A DNA stretch of 33,580 nucleotides from Vermamoeba vermiformis (taxonomy: Eukaryota): assembly GCA_045837725.1 (NCBI GenBank), contig JBEWZL010000029.1:1-33580 (forward strand). The letters run 5' to 3'. Of this stretch, positions 10,981 through 22,087 are shown piece by piece. Each line of letters starts with the position of its first letter. Position 1 is the first letter of the stretch. The position numbers and the translations under genes are program-made. Under the pieces are notes generated by a model. That model worked only from the letters and a program-made list of their open reading frames with translations, did no database searches and was not told the DNA's origin.

Positions 10981-12572
10981 TTAAGCCAATCGTTCGTAGA
11001 TCTTCAAAATCGTGCTGGCGTACTGCTTTTCTTGTTCGTCAGCACTCTCAGCACATCGCTTCAAAGGCTCCTGTATTACAAAAACTATTAGGGCCCGACA
11101 CCTACTATCGAAATAAAACAAAACCAATTGTAATCTCGCGCTGCACTTACCAAAGGAGGGATGCCAAATGGGTACCAGTCAGTGAGACCCATCATCGGAG
11201 CCATAGACATAGCCTTGAGAGCACGCTTGAACCAAGCCATGTCCTCGCTAGGACTCGGCATGTAAGCTATTATAATAACCAAACATTAGTATTGCACGTG
11301 TAACAAGTAAAGATCCAGGAACTAAGTAAAGGAACGTTACTTACCGTTGAGAGACTCAACTGCATCGAGAATGGCCTTGCGATAAGCTTGTTCCTCAGGT
11401 GAAATTTCGCGCTCGCTGAACTCGACGTCTTCATCTTCCTCGTCGAATTCACCCTCTTCTTCGTCACCTTCAGCTTCATCGTCTTCCTCTTCGTTGTTTG
11501 ATTTCTCTTCTTTTTCCTTCTCTTCGCGGTTGCTCTTCTCTTCCTTTTCTTTTTCTTCGCCCTCAGCAACGTTTTCGCCTTCATCTTCAGCGTCGTCAAT
11601 TTCCGAATCTGCTTCATCCGACTCGCCATCGTCTTCTTCCTCTTCTTCATCAGGGTTGAAGTCATCGTCGGCATCTTCGTCGTCATCGTCCATCATCATC
11701 ATGCCTTGAGGACCAGACATCAAGGACAAGAAAGACAAGCCTGCTTCTTGCATCGTAGCGGCAGTTTCAGCTTCTTCTTCCTCGTCTTCAGGAGAGGCCT
11801 CGTAGTCGATTTGAGTAGCAATATGGTACCAGCTATGCATTATAATATTAGTAAGAACGAAGGAGCTAATAAAAGAAGTTGAACGAATTTCGAATCTGAT
11901 CGGTAAAAAGTACTGGTCACCAAGTCTTACCAAGCTGCGAGACGGCGTGCCAAGTGCTTGTGCTCGGCATTAACATGCTTGAAGATAGCAAAGAGATCCT
12001 TCATCCAGTCAGCAGACTTGATGTTAGGGCTCTTGGCGTCGTCGCCAGTAAGCTTGCCTGAATCTACGAGCGACTTCCAAGTGTCTTTGCCAGCGAAGCA
12101 GTGGATCTTGCCGTCAACAATGACACCATCATCTGTTATAATTTATTAGCGAGTGTCTCTTGGCAAAAGAAAATTTCTTCGCTAGATTTGATCGAGCCAT
12201 CTGAAACTCACCTTGACGCATAGTATTTCTGTTGTCATCGACGGGATATGCGAACTTGTATTTCAACAAGACATTCATAGGCTTAGGAGTAGGCAAGAAG
12301 CGTGACATGTCTTGAGGACGACCGAATCCCATTGGTAAATCCATCGGGGCTTTGAAAATAAATTAATAACAATTCAATTCATCGTCCACGAGATCAAAAT
12401 AAGTACCTGCAAATCTGAATTGGAAATCAGAGATATTGGCAATCACATCTCGCATCTTCGGCAAAACTTCAGCAGGGATCTCATTGTCACCGAGCTTCTC
12501 GATGAATTCGAGCGTTTTGAACGCAAGATCTACTTCGTGTTGATTGTTCTCGTCGACGTTGTTAAGATTCAT
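10981..12572 (-). CDS. Hypothetical protein with a long Asp/Glu-rich tract
   Basis: 6 exons splice in frame (MNLNNVDE... to ...KIYERLA*). Acidic tract at ~11430-11790. No family recognised. Confidence 0.7.
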
Positions 12573-12727
12573 CGTTACGTGTTGTTACAGAAGTCAAAAT
12601 AATATTCAAAATGCTGAAAAAAACGGTAAAAATAAAGAGCGCGAAACCGGATTTGACGAAGTTTGACCGAAAACAATCGTTTTGTGGCGTCCTTAGCTTT
12701 ATTTATTAGATTTTCAGTATTCCAACC

Positions 12728-14056
12728 ATGGATCAAATCATTTCATTGTGTAAGAAACAAGGATTATTGTAATACGCTCGATCTAGCGCTGATCTTCGAT
12801 ACTTTTAGTGCAGCGAGCGGGATTGGTCTCTCCTCAATGCGCAAAGACTTTCTTTATCGATCATAATTTTTTTGGTACGTATAATAATCCATCGCACGAT
12901 GAATAAACGCACTGTGGTCGCTATAATAAATGGAAAATTTTGTGACGTGGATGATATTTTTGCTAATTAATTATATTAATTCAAATAGATGTTCCTTGCT
13001 TGACCTACGTACTCAGCAAGGCACTCGGATGGCTCGTATTATTGGGTGCCGTTTTTGTCAAAGTGCCCCAAGTTCTTGCCATTCTTAACAAGAAATCTGT
13101 TGCTGGTTTGTCGCTCACTATGTTCTTGTTGGAGCTTCTCGGGTAAGGCTAAAATTTTCATCGATTTAATATTGTATACGTCTTGTAATGACAATGTCAA
13201 TTTGCTAGTTACTGCATCAACTTTTCGTATGGTTACGTTCAACAATTCCCTTTCAGCACTTACGGTGAAAGCGGTATCATTTTGATTCAAAGTAAGTACA
13301 TCCATGATAATATTGTGCACGATAAATACGGACAAAACAATAATCTGGAGCTAATTTTGGCTTTCACGATCAGATTTGATTATTATCTACTTGTTCTCTG
13401 TCTACGGTAATGTTGGCAAGATGGGAGCTCTTGGTGCCGTCTTGGCTGCTGTTGGATTCATGTACTCGGCTGTCAATGGCTTGGTTCCTCACAACATTTT
13501 GGAGACTCTTCAAGTACGTTACTTACCGCACCTTATCTGTGCTATAATCGTCATATTGAATGATATAATACGGATATGATTATTGTAGATGTCGGACGTT
13601 ATATGGTGAGCTAATTAATGTTATTGTAGGCTGGTTCTATTGTCATTTTCTCTGCCTCCAAGATCCCTCAGATCTTCTCTAACTTCAAGGTAATTTAAAC
13701 CGATTAATTAGCTATTTATGAATTTTGAACTTATATTATGATAATATAGAACAAGAGCACTGGTGCTTTGTCTTTCATCACTTTCTTCTTGAACTTTGGT
13801 GGATCGATGGCTCGTGTCTTCACTACCATGAAGGAGCTCAACGACAACGTTGGTACGTTTCGTAAAATATAGCTAATGTGCATATATACACACACACATA
13901 TATATATATTGATTCATGTCATTATTAGTCTTGATGGGCTACGTTATTGGTGCTGCTTTGAACGGCATTATTTTGTTGCAGATCATGTTCTACGGTGACA
14001 AATCGACCTCAAAGGCCGTTGCCAACGCTAGCAAGAAGAAAAAGAAGATGATGTAA
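12728..14056 (+). CDS. MPDU1: Mannose-P-dolichol utilization defect 1-like PQ-loop protein
   Basis: Spliced product has [17 protein letters not shown]...[43 protein letters not shown]: two PQ loops in MPDU1 context. Confidence 0.9.
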
Positions 14057-14297
14057 AAGATCTAAGAGAGACCTATTTACATATACAAGGAATATGGATT
14101 ATTTCTTTAAATAAACTACTTTCGTTACGAAGATCGCATCTGGATCGTGCAAACATTCCGAGGCTACGTATATAACGTTACGAAGGGATAATGAACAGTT
14201 ATTGCCAATTTGATTAGGCCTTTGATTTGTTTGAAACCCGCTGGAAAGATTTTGTCCCCTTTTGGTACTAAACCGGATCGAGCAGCAACACAACACG

Positions 14298-16964
14298 ATG
14301 GGCTCCCCAAAGACCTCGAATGCGCTCTTATCTAAGTCTACTATATTGATGTTCATAGCTCTATTGACGGGCATTATTGCTTACAACACTTTGACTGTAA
14401 AGTCACGCCAACCTCCATACGAGCCTATGCCCGCGGAGGATAGAATCGAACATAATGAAGATATTGTACAGGTAAGAATAGTAATTACTAACGATAATGA
14501 CGCGACTAGTATTGCATAATAACGCTCCGTACTAGAATAATTATTGCAGTAATTTTGCAGAGCACCAAAATATCATTTAAATAATTTTTATTGTAATTAC
14601 GCAATTAATTAGCGATAATCAAGAACCCAGATATTTTTTTCTCATTTTTATTCCGGATCTTTTATTCTGACGTTTTGACTGACGCAGAAATTTGCGCATT
14701 CCATTGCATTTTCAACTATCAGCCATGAAAATAAGGAGAAGATGATGTTCGAGAAGTTCCCCTTGTTCCATAAGTACCTTGAGAACAACTTCCCTTTGTT
14801 GCATAAAACTCTCAAGAAAACAGTTGTCAACGAGTTCTCATTGGTCTACGAATGGATTGGCACTAACGTATGATATTAATATAAGATACTACGATCATTT
14901 TCAAATTTTAATTCGAATTTTCATAAGCCGAACTTGAAGCCAATATTGTTGATGGGCCATCAAGACGTTGGTAAGTGATTCTAATATGACCAACGACGCA
15001 TCATATAGGAGTATATATCAATTGCATAAATTTTAATCGTATTGTTTAGTTCCTGTCGAAAACGGGACTGAAACGCTGAAATGGGACGTTGATCCGTTTG
15101 CTGGTAAATCAAATTGATGATTTAGTGAGTATAAAGTATCTAATATTTATATAGGCGAGATTAAGGACGGATTTATTATTGGTCGTGGAGCTATGGATCA
15201 AAAGGTACAATTTTAGATATTTAGTACGATTTTACGGAACCTTACTAATCTTTGCAACTATTTTAGCTGGCTATTCTCGGTGCTATGGAGGCCGTTGAAC
15301 ACTTGATCAAGCGAAATTTCAAACCCACTCGTACTGTTTACTTGGCCTACGGACACGACGAGGAAATCGGTGGCAAAGATGGTGCTAAACAAGTACGCTT
15401 AAAAACAATAATAATTTTGATAAAATTAGCCTGGGAAAGCCTCCACATCATTTTTTGCTAAACGCTACTTGAACGAATCAAGCTAAAATCAATTACAAAG
15501 AAATTTCAGTTTTCTCGTACCCGAGGAGAAACATACTAATTGTTCCGCTATTAGATTGCACGCATGTTCCAAGAGCGCGGAATTTCCTTCGAATTCATTC
15601 TCGATGAGGGTTTGGCCGTGTTGATCGATTTAGCACCTGGTGTCAAGGGCAAGGTTGCAATGATCGGCGTCGCTGAGAAAGGACGCGTAACTCTCGACTT
15701 AACGTACGTCTGATTATAGATAGGCACCTATTATAGTAATATACTAACTATTGGTCTATCTTCGTAGTGTCAGATCCGGTGGAGGTCACGGAAGTATGCC
15801 TCCTAAACATACCGCTATTGGTGTCATGGCTCAAGTACGACATTAAAAACTCTCAATTCTTATATAAATAGTACTAATATGACAATTTAAGGCTATTACT
15901 AAGCTGGAGAACAATCAAATGCCTGCTAAGCTAACTGTAAGTACATCCGGTACCTACCTTTTTTGCCGGCAAGTCTTATTTTTCTAATCGTTATTATCAG
16001 AGCACCGCTCGTACGATGTTTGAGCACTTGGCTCCAGAAATGACTTCTTTGCCTTTGAAAGTCATCGCGAGCAACTTGTGGATCTTCGAGAGACCTTTGC
16101 TCTACATTATGGAGTCTTGTAAGTATAGTATACTAAAAGCAGCAATAACATATTGAAGTTATATTGTACACATTATGAGAAATCTAATACCTATTGTAGT
16201 GTCCCATGCGGCCAATGCTTTGATCCGCACGACCACATCCATCAGCATGATTCAAGGTGGCACTAAGATCAATGTGTTGCCTAATAAGGTAGTCGCATCG
16301 ATCGATCACAGAATCATCCCGACTGAAACTGTTGAAGGTACATTTGATTCGCAAAGGCAAAGCTTACATCGGATCTAATTTCCTTATTTAGACATTATTA
16401 AGCACCATGAGGCAGTTATTAATGACCCTCAAGTTAAAATCGAAGTAAGAATTGCCTGAAAAATGTTTAAAAAAGTCAAGTAGCGTTTTTACTGAATTTT
16501 TGTCGAAGGTCATCGAGTCACTTGCCGCAGCTCCCGAGACACCTGTTGGAACACCTGCGTATACTTATATGGCCAAGTAAGTATAGCGCAACACCTATTA
16601 TCGATATGAAGTTGTTGTATAAGTGCATAGTGCTACTGTTCAAAGAAAAAGTTGTCACAACTAGCCGGATCTGGCTAACAGATTTTTTTTCGTTTGTTTG
16701 AGGTAATTTTAATAGTATTATATTTGTAGATCTATTCGCAGAACTTTTGGTGAATTGCCAGTGGTCCCTGGCCTGATGATGGGCAACACTGACACGGCGC
16801 ACTTTTGGGGCTTGTCAAAGAACATTTTCCGATTCTCGCCAATGGTAATGACGCAGCTCGATACGACTAGAATTCACGGATTCAATGAGCGTATTTCTAT
16901 TGAAGGATATTATCAAGCTATTGAGTTTTATTTGAACGTTATTAAGCACTCTGCGAATTTGTAA
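14298..16964 (+). CDS. M20 metallopeptidase, PM20D1/carboxypeptidase S-like, with N-terminal TM or signal anchor
   Basis: About 14 exons. Motifs ILLMGHQDVVP, IIGRGAMDQK, GHDEEIGG, DEG, AEKG, GGHGSMPP, GGTKINVLP, GNTDTAHF, IHGFNERI. Confidence 0.92.
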
Positions 16965-17108
16965 TTTCGCAAATTATTAAGAAAAATCAAATAAATATGA
17001 AACAATAGTGTTTTATTCATACAAATATTAAACAGATTTTTCTCCAATTATTGCAATATTGTAATTTTTTAGTCAGCAAGATCTTGCCAACGAATCTAGA
17101 ATTCTCGA

Positions 17109-17339
17109 TTATTCCTTTGCCAATTTAATTTGATTTTTATGGTGATCCTGCTGCATAGTGTTTATAATAAAATACGTCTTGTTATTTGTGAGGTGAGTCG
17201 CTTTACTCGTAGATCTTCCTCCGCCAACCATTTTAGCACAGCTGTAAAACTGGCTTTGGCCCAATTGAGCGTGAAAAGCTTCATATTCTTCTTTAGTGAC
17301 TTTATTGTCTTCGAGGTAGTATTCTGTGTTGTCTGACAT
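17109..17339 (-). CDS. Small (76 aa) intronless protein of unknown function, paralog of 17629-17889
   Basis: MSDNTEYYLEDNKVTKEEYEAF...SCAKMVGGG...KATHLTNNKTYFI...HKNQI aligns by eye with the neighbouring ORF. Confidence 0.65.
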   Translation of the reverse strand: MSDNTEYYLEDNKVTKEEYEAFHAQLGQSQFYSCAKMVGGGRSTSKATHLTNNKTYFIINTMQQDHHKNQIKLAKE

Positions 17340-17628
17340 TGTGCGTTGAATTAAATGAAACAAAAATTTGCTGTCGTTCAATAACCCAGACGGCAATTCA
17401 AGAAAAATTCATTAAAATGTCAACGATCCTATATTGTTTCTGGGTTAGTCGAGTTACTAACGTAAAATCGTATTGGAGCTTTAAAACTTTGCTATTGTCC
17501 TTAATTCTGATTATTTGCACGACAAAGACTGTACCTGGCCAAAATTAATTTTGCGAATAATTTAAATACACTATCATGGTCGAGTAAATGGTATTTATTA
17601 CAATTATGAGGTACAGATGAATTTTTAA

Positions 17629-17889
17629 TTACATTATTTCGCATCTGCCTTTTGAGCTCAAATATTCTTCGCTTTCTATTCTATTTTGATGAAACATGCC
17701 AAATGTAGTCTCGGACGTAATTTTATAATTTTTACCGTTGGTTTTGTGAACTCCTTGCTTTGTATTGGTGCCGCCGATGCTTGTAACGCAGAGCACGCTG
17801 ACCGGATCTATTTCAATTTCTTCTTTAAAGGCGTTGAATTCATCGACACTGACCTTTTTGCCATCGATGTAATGCGAGACGAACCCCAT
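17629..17889 (-). CDS. Small (86 aa) intronless protein of unknown function, paralog of 17109-17339
   Basis: MGFVSHYIDGKKVSVDEFNAF...LCVTSIGG...KQGVHKTNGKNYKI...HQNRI shares a motif pattern with the downstream ORF. Confidence 0.65.
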   Translation of the reverse strand: MGFVSHYIDGKKVSVDEFNAFKEEIEIDPVSVLCVTSIGGTNTKQGVHKTNGKNYKITSETTFGMFHQNRIESEEYLSSKGRCEIM

Positions 17890-18205
17890 CGCGTAGGTAT
17901 ACTGCAAGTTCAGATCTTTAAGCTGTTTCTAGCCGATAGTTGTAGTCTACTAGTGGATAATATTGATACAATGATACATTTTTTTTTTGAGCGTTCTGTT
18001 TTTTCTGTTACAAAATTTCAAATAACCGGATGTGACCGAAACTGGTAGTACCAAGACTTAAATACCTACAAAACCGTAATAAAATATGAAAACTCGAACT
18101 TACAAAAGGTACAGTCTTTAATAGGCTATCTTCTAATTAATATACAAGCTAAAGCCTTTGTTTCTTTCGTTGATTTAAAATTGGATCTCAGATCTGATTC
18201 CGTAT

Positions 18206-20380
18206 TTAATCCTTATGTAATATTACTGTGCCTTCAACATCGTATTCTTCGCCAGGTCGTTCAATTAGCGGCAAGAAATCTTCGAATTTTACCGTCGCAG
18301 ATCCGATCAGTTTTCTGTCGCCTCCGCCAGCCATATTATAAACGCTTATTTCAAGACTTCCAAAGTCAAATTGCGCTACTTGAGCAAAATTGAGGGGATA
18401 TTGAAATTTCTGATCGAAGGTTGGGTTCTGCGTTGATTTTTTGGTCTCCGTACATTTGCGACTTCTCAAGTACGACAACGCCACGCTAAAAATAGGCTAT
18501 TTTTAGTGCTTATTACCAAATAAGGAAAAGACATACCATGGGTCGCAGTGGCCAGTGGCTTGTAAATCTTTGGCTTCTTTGACGTGAATTGTAATGCTGC
18601 CGCTCCACGGACCTTTCGGCGGAATATATTTGAATCTGCAAATATACATCAGTACACTATACCAAATAAGGAAATAGACTATGTATGGCGTACCCTAATC
18701 TCAACTCGCCAGTTTTGGGCTTTGAATTGTGTTCCATTGGAGGTCGTTTTTTGGCGGCAATTGTAACTTCATCAGTCGGCATTAATTCTTGCAAGAATGG
18801 TCCGAGACCAGTAGGATTCTATATAAGGAAATATGTTATATTAGGCAATAATCATATTAGACCAGTATTGATTATCAGCTTTGAATCGGATCCGGGATCT
18901 GACACCTGTCACAATAAGGCTTTTGCTTCACAGCCGTCCCGTTGAATAAATTTGATAAAATTTTGATCGTGTTTGTACAAATAAGGAAAGTTGTTTTCGA
19001 ATACTTTGCAGTTGTTCTTTGGAGTTAAAAATAACTTACGTGATAAAACAGTCGCAACTTCAACAGACCAGCAGCATTGACTTGCTTATCGATTTCGTTA
19101 AATATGAACCAGTGCTCGACTTTAGTATTGAATGGAATTGAATTCAGCGGAATATTCACGAATGCCTAAATTGGGCAAAAAAAACAAATAATATATTAGC
19201 GCGTGCATAAAATATCAGTAGATTCTTTTAAGTACCTTCTTAGACGATGATTTTTTGTCCCATAAATTAATTCTAATACCTTGTACTTCAGTATCGACTA
19301 GCGGGCTAAAAATAAAAAAAATTAGTTTTGTTTTTGGATCCGGATCTCGCGTTAAAAAATTTCAAGGTTAGGAGATAGGACTTACATAGTGAACTCATCG
19401 TTCTTATAAACCGCGTCACTCTCTTTTGCTGAAGCAGTATAATCAGATTTTCCTATTTTCTGACGACCCACAACGTCTTTGCAACAATAGATCTCGAAGA
19501 ACGGATAAATAATTGAATCTGTGCAAGGGATTGCCTAATTAGGACGCGCTGTTCATGAAAGAATAGTAGTTATACTTACCTCGCGTATAATCATTGAGAT
19601 TATGGCTCTCCAAAACTGTAATTAAAAATATCTAATTAATTTACGCCTTGACACGTGTCAAACTTTGGATCAGATCGAATTCGAAGCAGAATTTAACATG
19701 TGATAGTAAATTCGTATGTTCGTACTAACGTTTACCTGATACTCGCAAATAAGGCTTATCTTTCTGCGAAATATTTAAAAATGACAAAACTCGTGGATCT
19801 TTGCTAATTGTGTCGTATTTCGTTATTTCTGTCAAAAATTCGTTGAATTTATCGACTCTCTTTTGTACTACGGCCTAGTAAATATTATACGAATCAATAT
19901 TGCGAGCAAAGTAAAAGGTTTAATTTAAACTTACCGCATCTAGCTTGCCAATAGCTTTCTTCTCCGGAAACTCAAACTCTCGAATATTTTTATGTGCTTT
20001 TCTGAGCTATTTTAAATAAATTAAGTTAAATTAAGGCGAAGAATCTTTTTTAGAAAATTAATTGGAAATTTATTGTCGGGATCTGCAGCAGAAATAGAAC
20101 ACTTACGTCGTCATATAGCTCTCCGAAGTCATTGTATCTCTTATTTACATAAATTAAGTCGCAATTGTCTTGACTGTCATAAGGGACCACTCTAATTTTA
20201 TACGTCTTGACATCCACGCAAAAAAAATAAATTAGATAATTGTCTAATGAATAAAATAATATGTAATATCATTAAATATATCATAATTAAGTATTAAATC
20301 CTTACGGTGTAATGATCTCCGCCGATCTTGACATTAAACGTTGAGACAACGGATGCTTGATATGTGAAGTTCTGTTCCAT
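18206..20380 (-). CDS. PX domain + tandem C2 domain protein
   Basis: About 11 exons. PX motifs TYKIRV, NKRYNDFGELY, FPEKKAIG, VVQKRVDKFNEFL; C2A motifs RINLWDK, AFVNIPLNSI, EHWF; linker TGELRLGFKYIP; C2B motifs ITIHVKEAKDL, CDPCV, KKSTQNPTFDQKF, LEISVYN, LIGSATV. Exact 3' end uncertain. Confidence 0.8.
19648..19661. repeat. Single intronic TTGACACGTGTCAA palindrome
   Basis: Perfect 14-bp palindrome in an intron of the PX-C2-C2 gene. Confidence 0.8.
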
Positions 20381-20690
20381 GTCAAATTATAACAATATGT
20401 ATACTTAATATATACTAGACTGTTGCTCTATTGATTTGCAACAATAGATGTTTCTAGAGGCCGTCAGAATATTTTTTTAGTACGGCCGAAGCTCGAAAAT
20501 TCCATGTGCTTGTGATACTTTCCACGTGCTGTTGCAAATTTACAGGTGCATGGGTCATACTTGGTAGTAGTATTATTTTTTTTTACTTTGATAGCAATAC
20601 ACAGGAGGTGGATCGAGATATTTTTAGATTCGATCGAGCAAAAATACAAGAATAAGGCTGAATTGATTATATATGTTGTATTCGTAGTAT

Positions 20691-21091
20691 TTACCAGCCT
20701 TTCATTGATTCAGCCATACTATAAGCCATAGACATTGACTCCATAAAAGTTTTAAACTCGTCAAAGCTGATCACGCCATTTTGATCCTCGTCAATTTGCT
20801 TAAATACTTCTGTTACCACTTCAGCACCATCAGCACCATCTTCATCTTGCGATCCTTGTGATTCAAGGATTTTTTCAAGGTCAGTAAAATTTTTTAAACT
20901 CATCCAAATCCAAAGATTGATTTCCATCAGAATCGTACGATAAAAATAGCTGCTTTACATTTGCACCAGGATTACGCAATACGGCAGTCAAAAACGCTTT
21001 AAATCCTTCTGCTGCTTTATCACTCTGTAAGAAAAAAAATAATTCAAAATTAAATCAACAAAAAATCCGATTGAAAAGTCGGCCTTACCAT
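20691..21091 (-). pseudogene. Two-EF-hand calcium-binding gene with a frameshift (pseudogene or sequencing error)
   Basis: ATG-only exon 21089-21091, intron 21026-21088. Exon 2 reads ...SYDSDGNQSLDLDEFKKFY* (stop ~20881-20883); the paralog-like continuation (TDLEKIL...DEDQNGVISFDEF) is in another frame. Confidence 0.7.
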
Positions 21092-21368
21092 TATGATAGT
21101 ATCTATTATATGGTGCTACCGTTCGATCGTAAAAATTAATGCGTGGAAGAGCAAAAAACTGAACTTAAATCGAAACCACGTGCAACCGTTAAAAAAATCG
21201 AAAACCTGCAATTCCAATTCAAAAAACCCATCAAATATACTAAAAATACAAATTATATTATAACATTAAAGTAGAGTACAAGCTACAAAGCTAATTAGGA
21301 ATGCAGTACTGGAATTGCAAATTTTTTCAACGCTCTCAGTGCTATTCGAATGCCGTAAATATGACTAA

Positions 21369-21764
21369 TTACCAATCATTCATCATCGAGGCCATATTAT
21401 AAGCCATAGACATGGTCGTAATAAAGGCTTTGAACTCGTCGTAAGTAATCGTACCGCTGTTGTCCTGATCTACTTGCTTAAAGACGTCTCCAGCGACGTC
21501 AGTACTCTTTATATTATCTTCATCTTTCCAACCTTGTTTATCCAATATTTTTTCGAGATCTGCGTAGAATTTTCTGAACTCTTCTAAATCCAACGATTGG
21601 TTTCCATCAGAGTCGTACGAGAGGAATAATTTCTTGACATTAGAGCCGGGCTTTTTCAATACAGCAGTTAGCAGCGACTTTCCTTCGTTTCCTCCGAGTT
21701 TGTTGCCCTGCACATCCAAGATCAATCAACCGCTAGAAAAACATTATTTAGACCGCCTTACCAT
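21369..21764 (-). CDS. Two-EF-hand calcium-binding protein with probable N-myristoylation site
   Basis: ATG-only exon 21762-21764, intron 21708-21761. Starts MGNKLG; EF loops DSDGNQSLDLEE and DQDNSGTITYDE. Confidence 0.88.
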
Positions 21765-22087
21765 CCCTATTGTTGTATCCGTTTAGTTAGATAATTATAC
21801 TAAACGACTTTTCAACAACATTGTGGTACATTTTTCTTTTTGATGTTCTTCAATGAACGTACCACGTGCCTCCAATTACGCTCTTCAAATGAAAGGCCGG
21901 GTACTGCACCACGGGCCTAATACCTGAAAAAACAAACGGCATTCAATGATAGGGTATACATATAAATGCTTTAAATGAAATGGTTGAAACTGGAATTTCG
22001 GATCTCTTCTTCTATTACAAAAATACTTAAACGAAAATTGAAACGTTTAATTATAAGTGTATAAGTATACTAGTATATATAACATGA

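Noticed and set aside
11270-11709. Lys/Arg-rich and Ser-rich ORFs
   Set aside because: Alternative-frame and antisense readings of the acidic low-complexity exon.
13881-13908. TA/CA microsatellite (also a TA run at ~4586-4599)
   Set aside because: Short ordinary intronic simple repeats.
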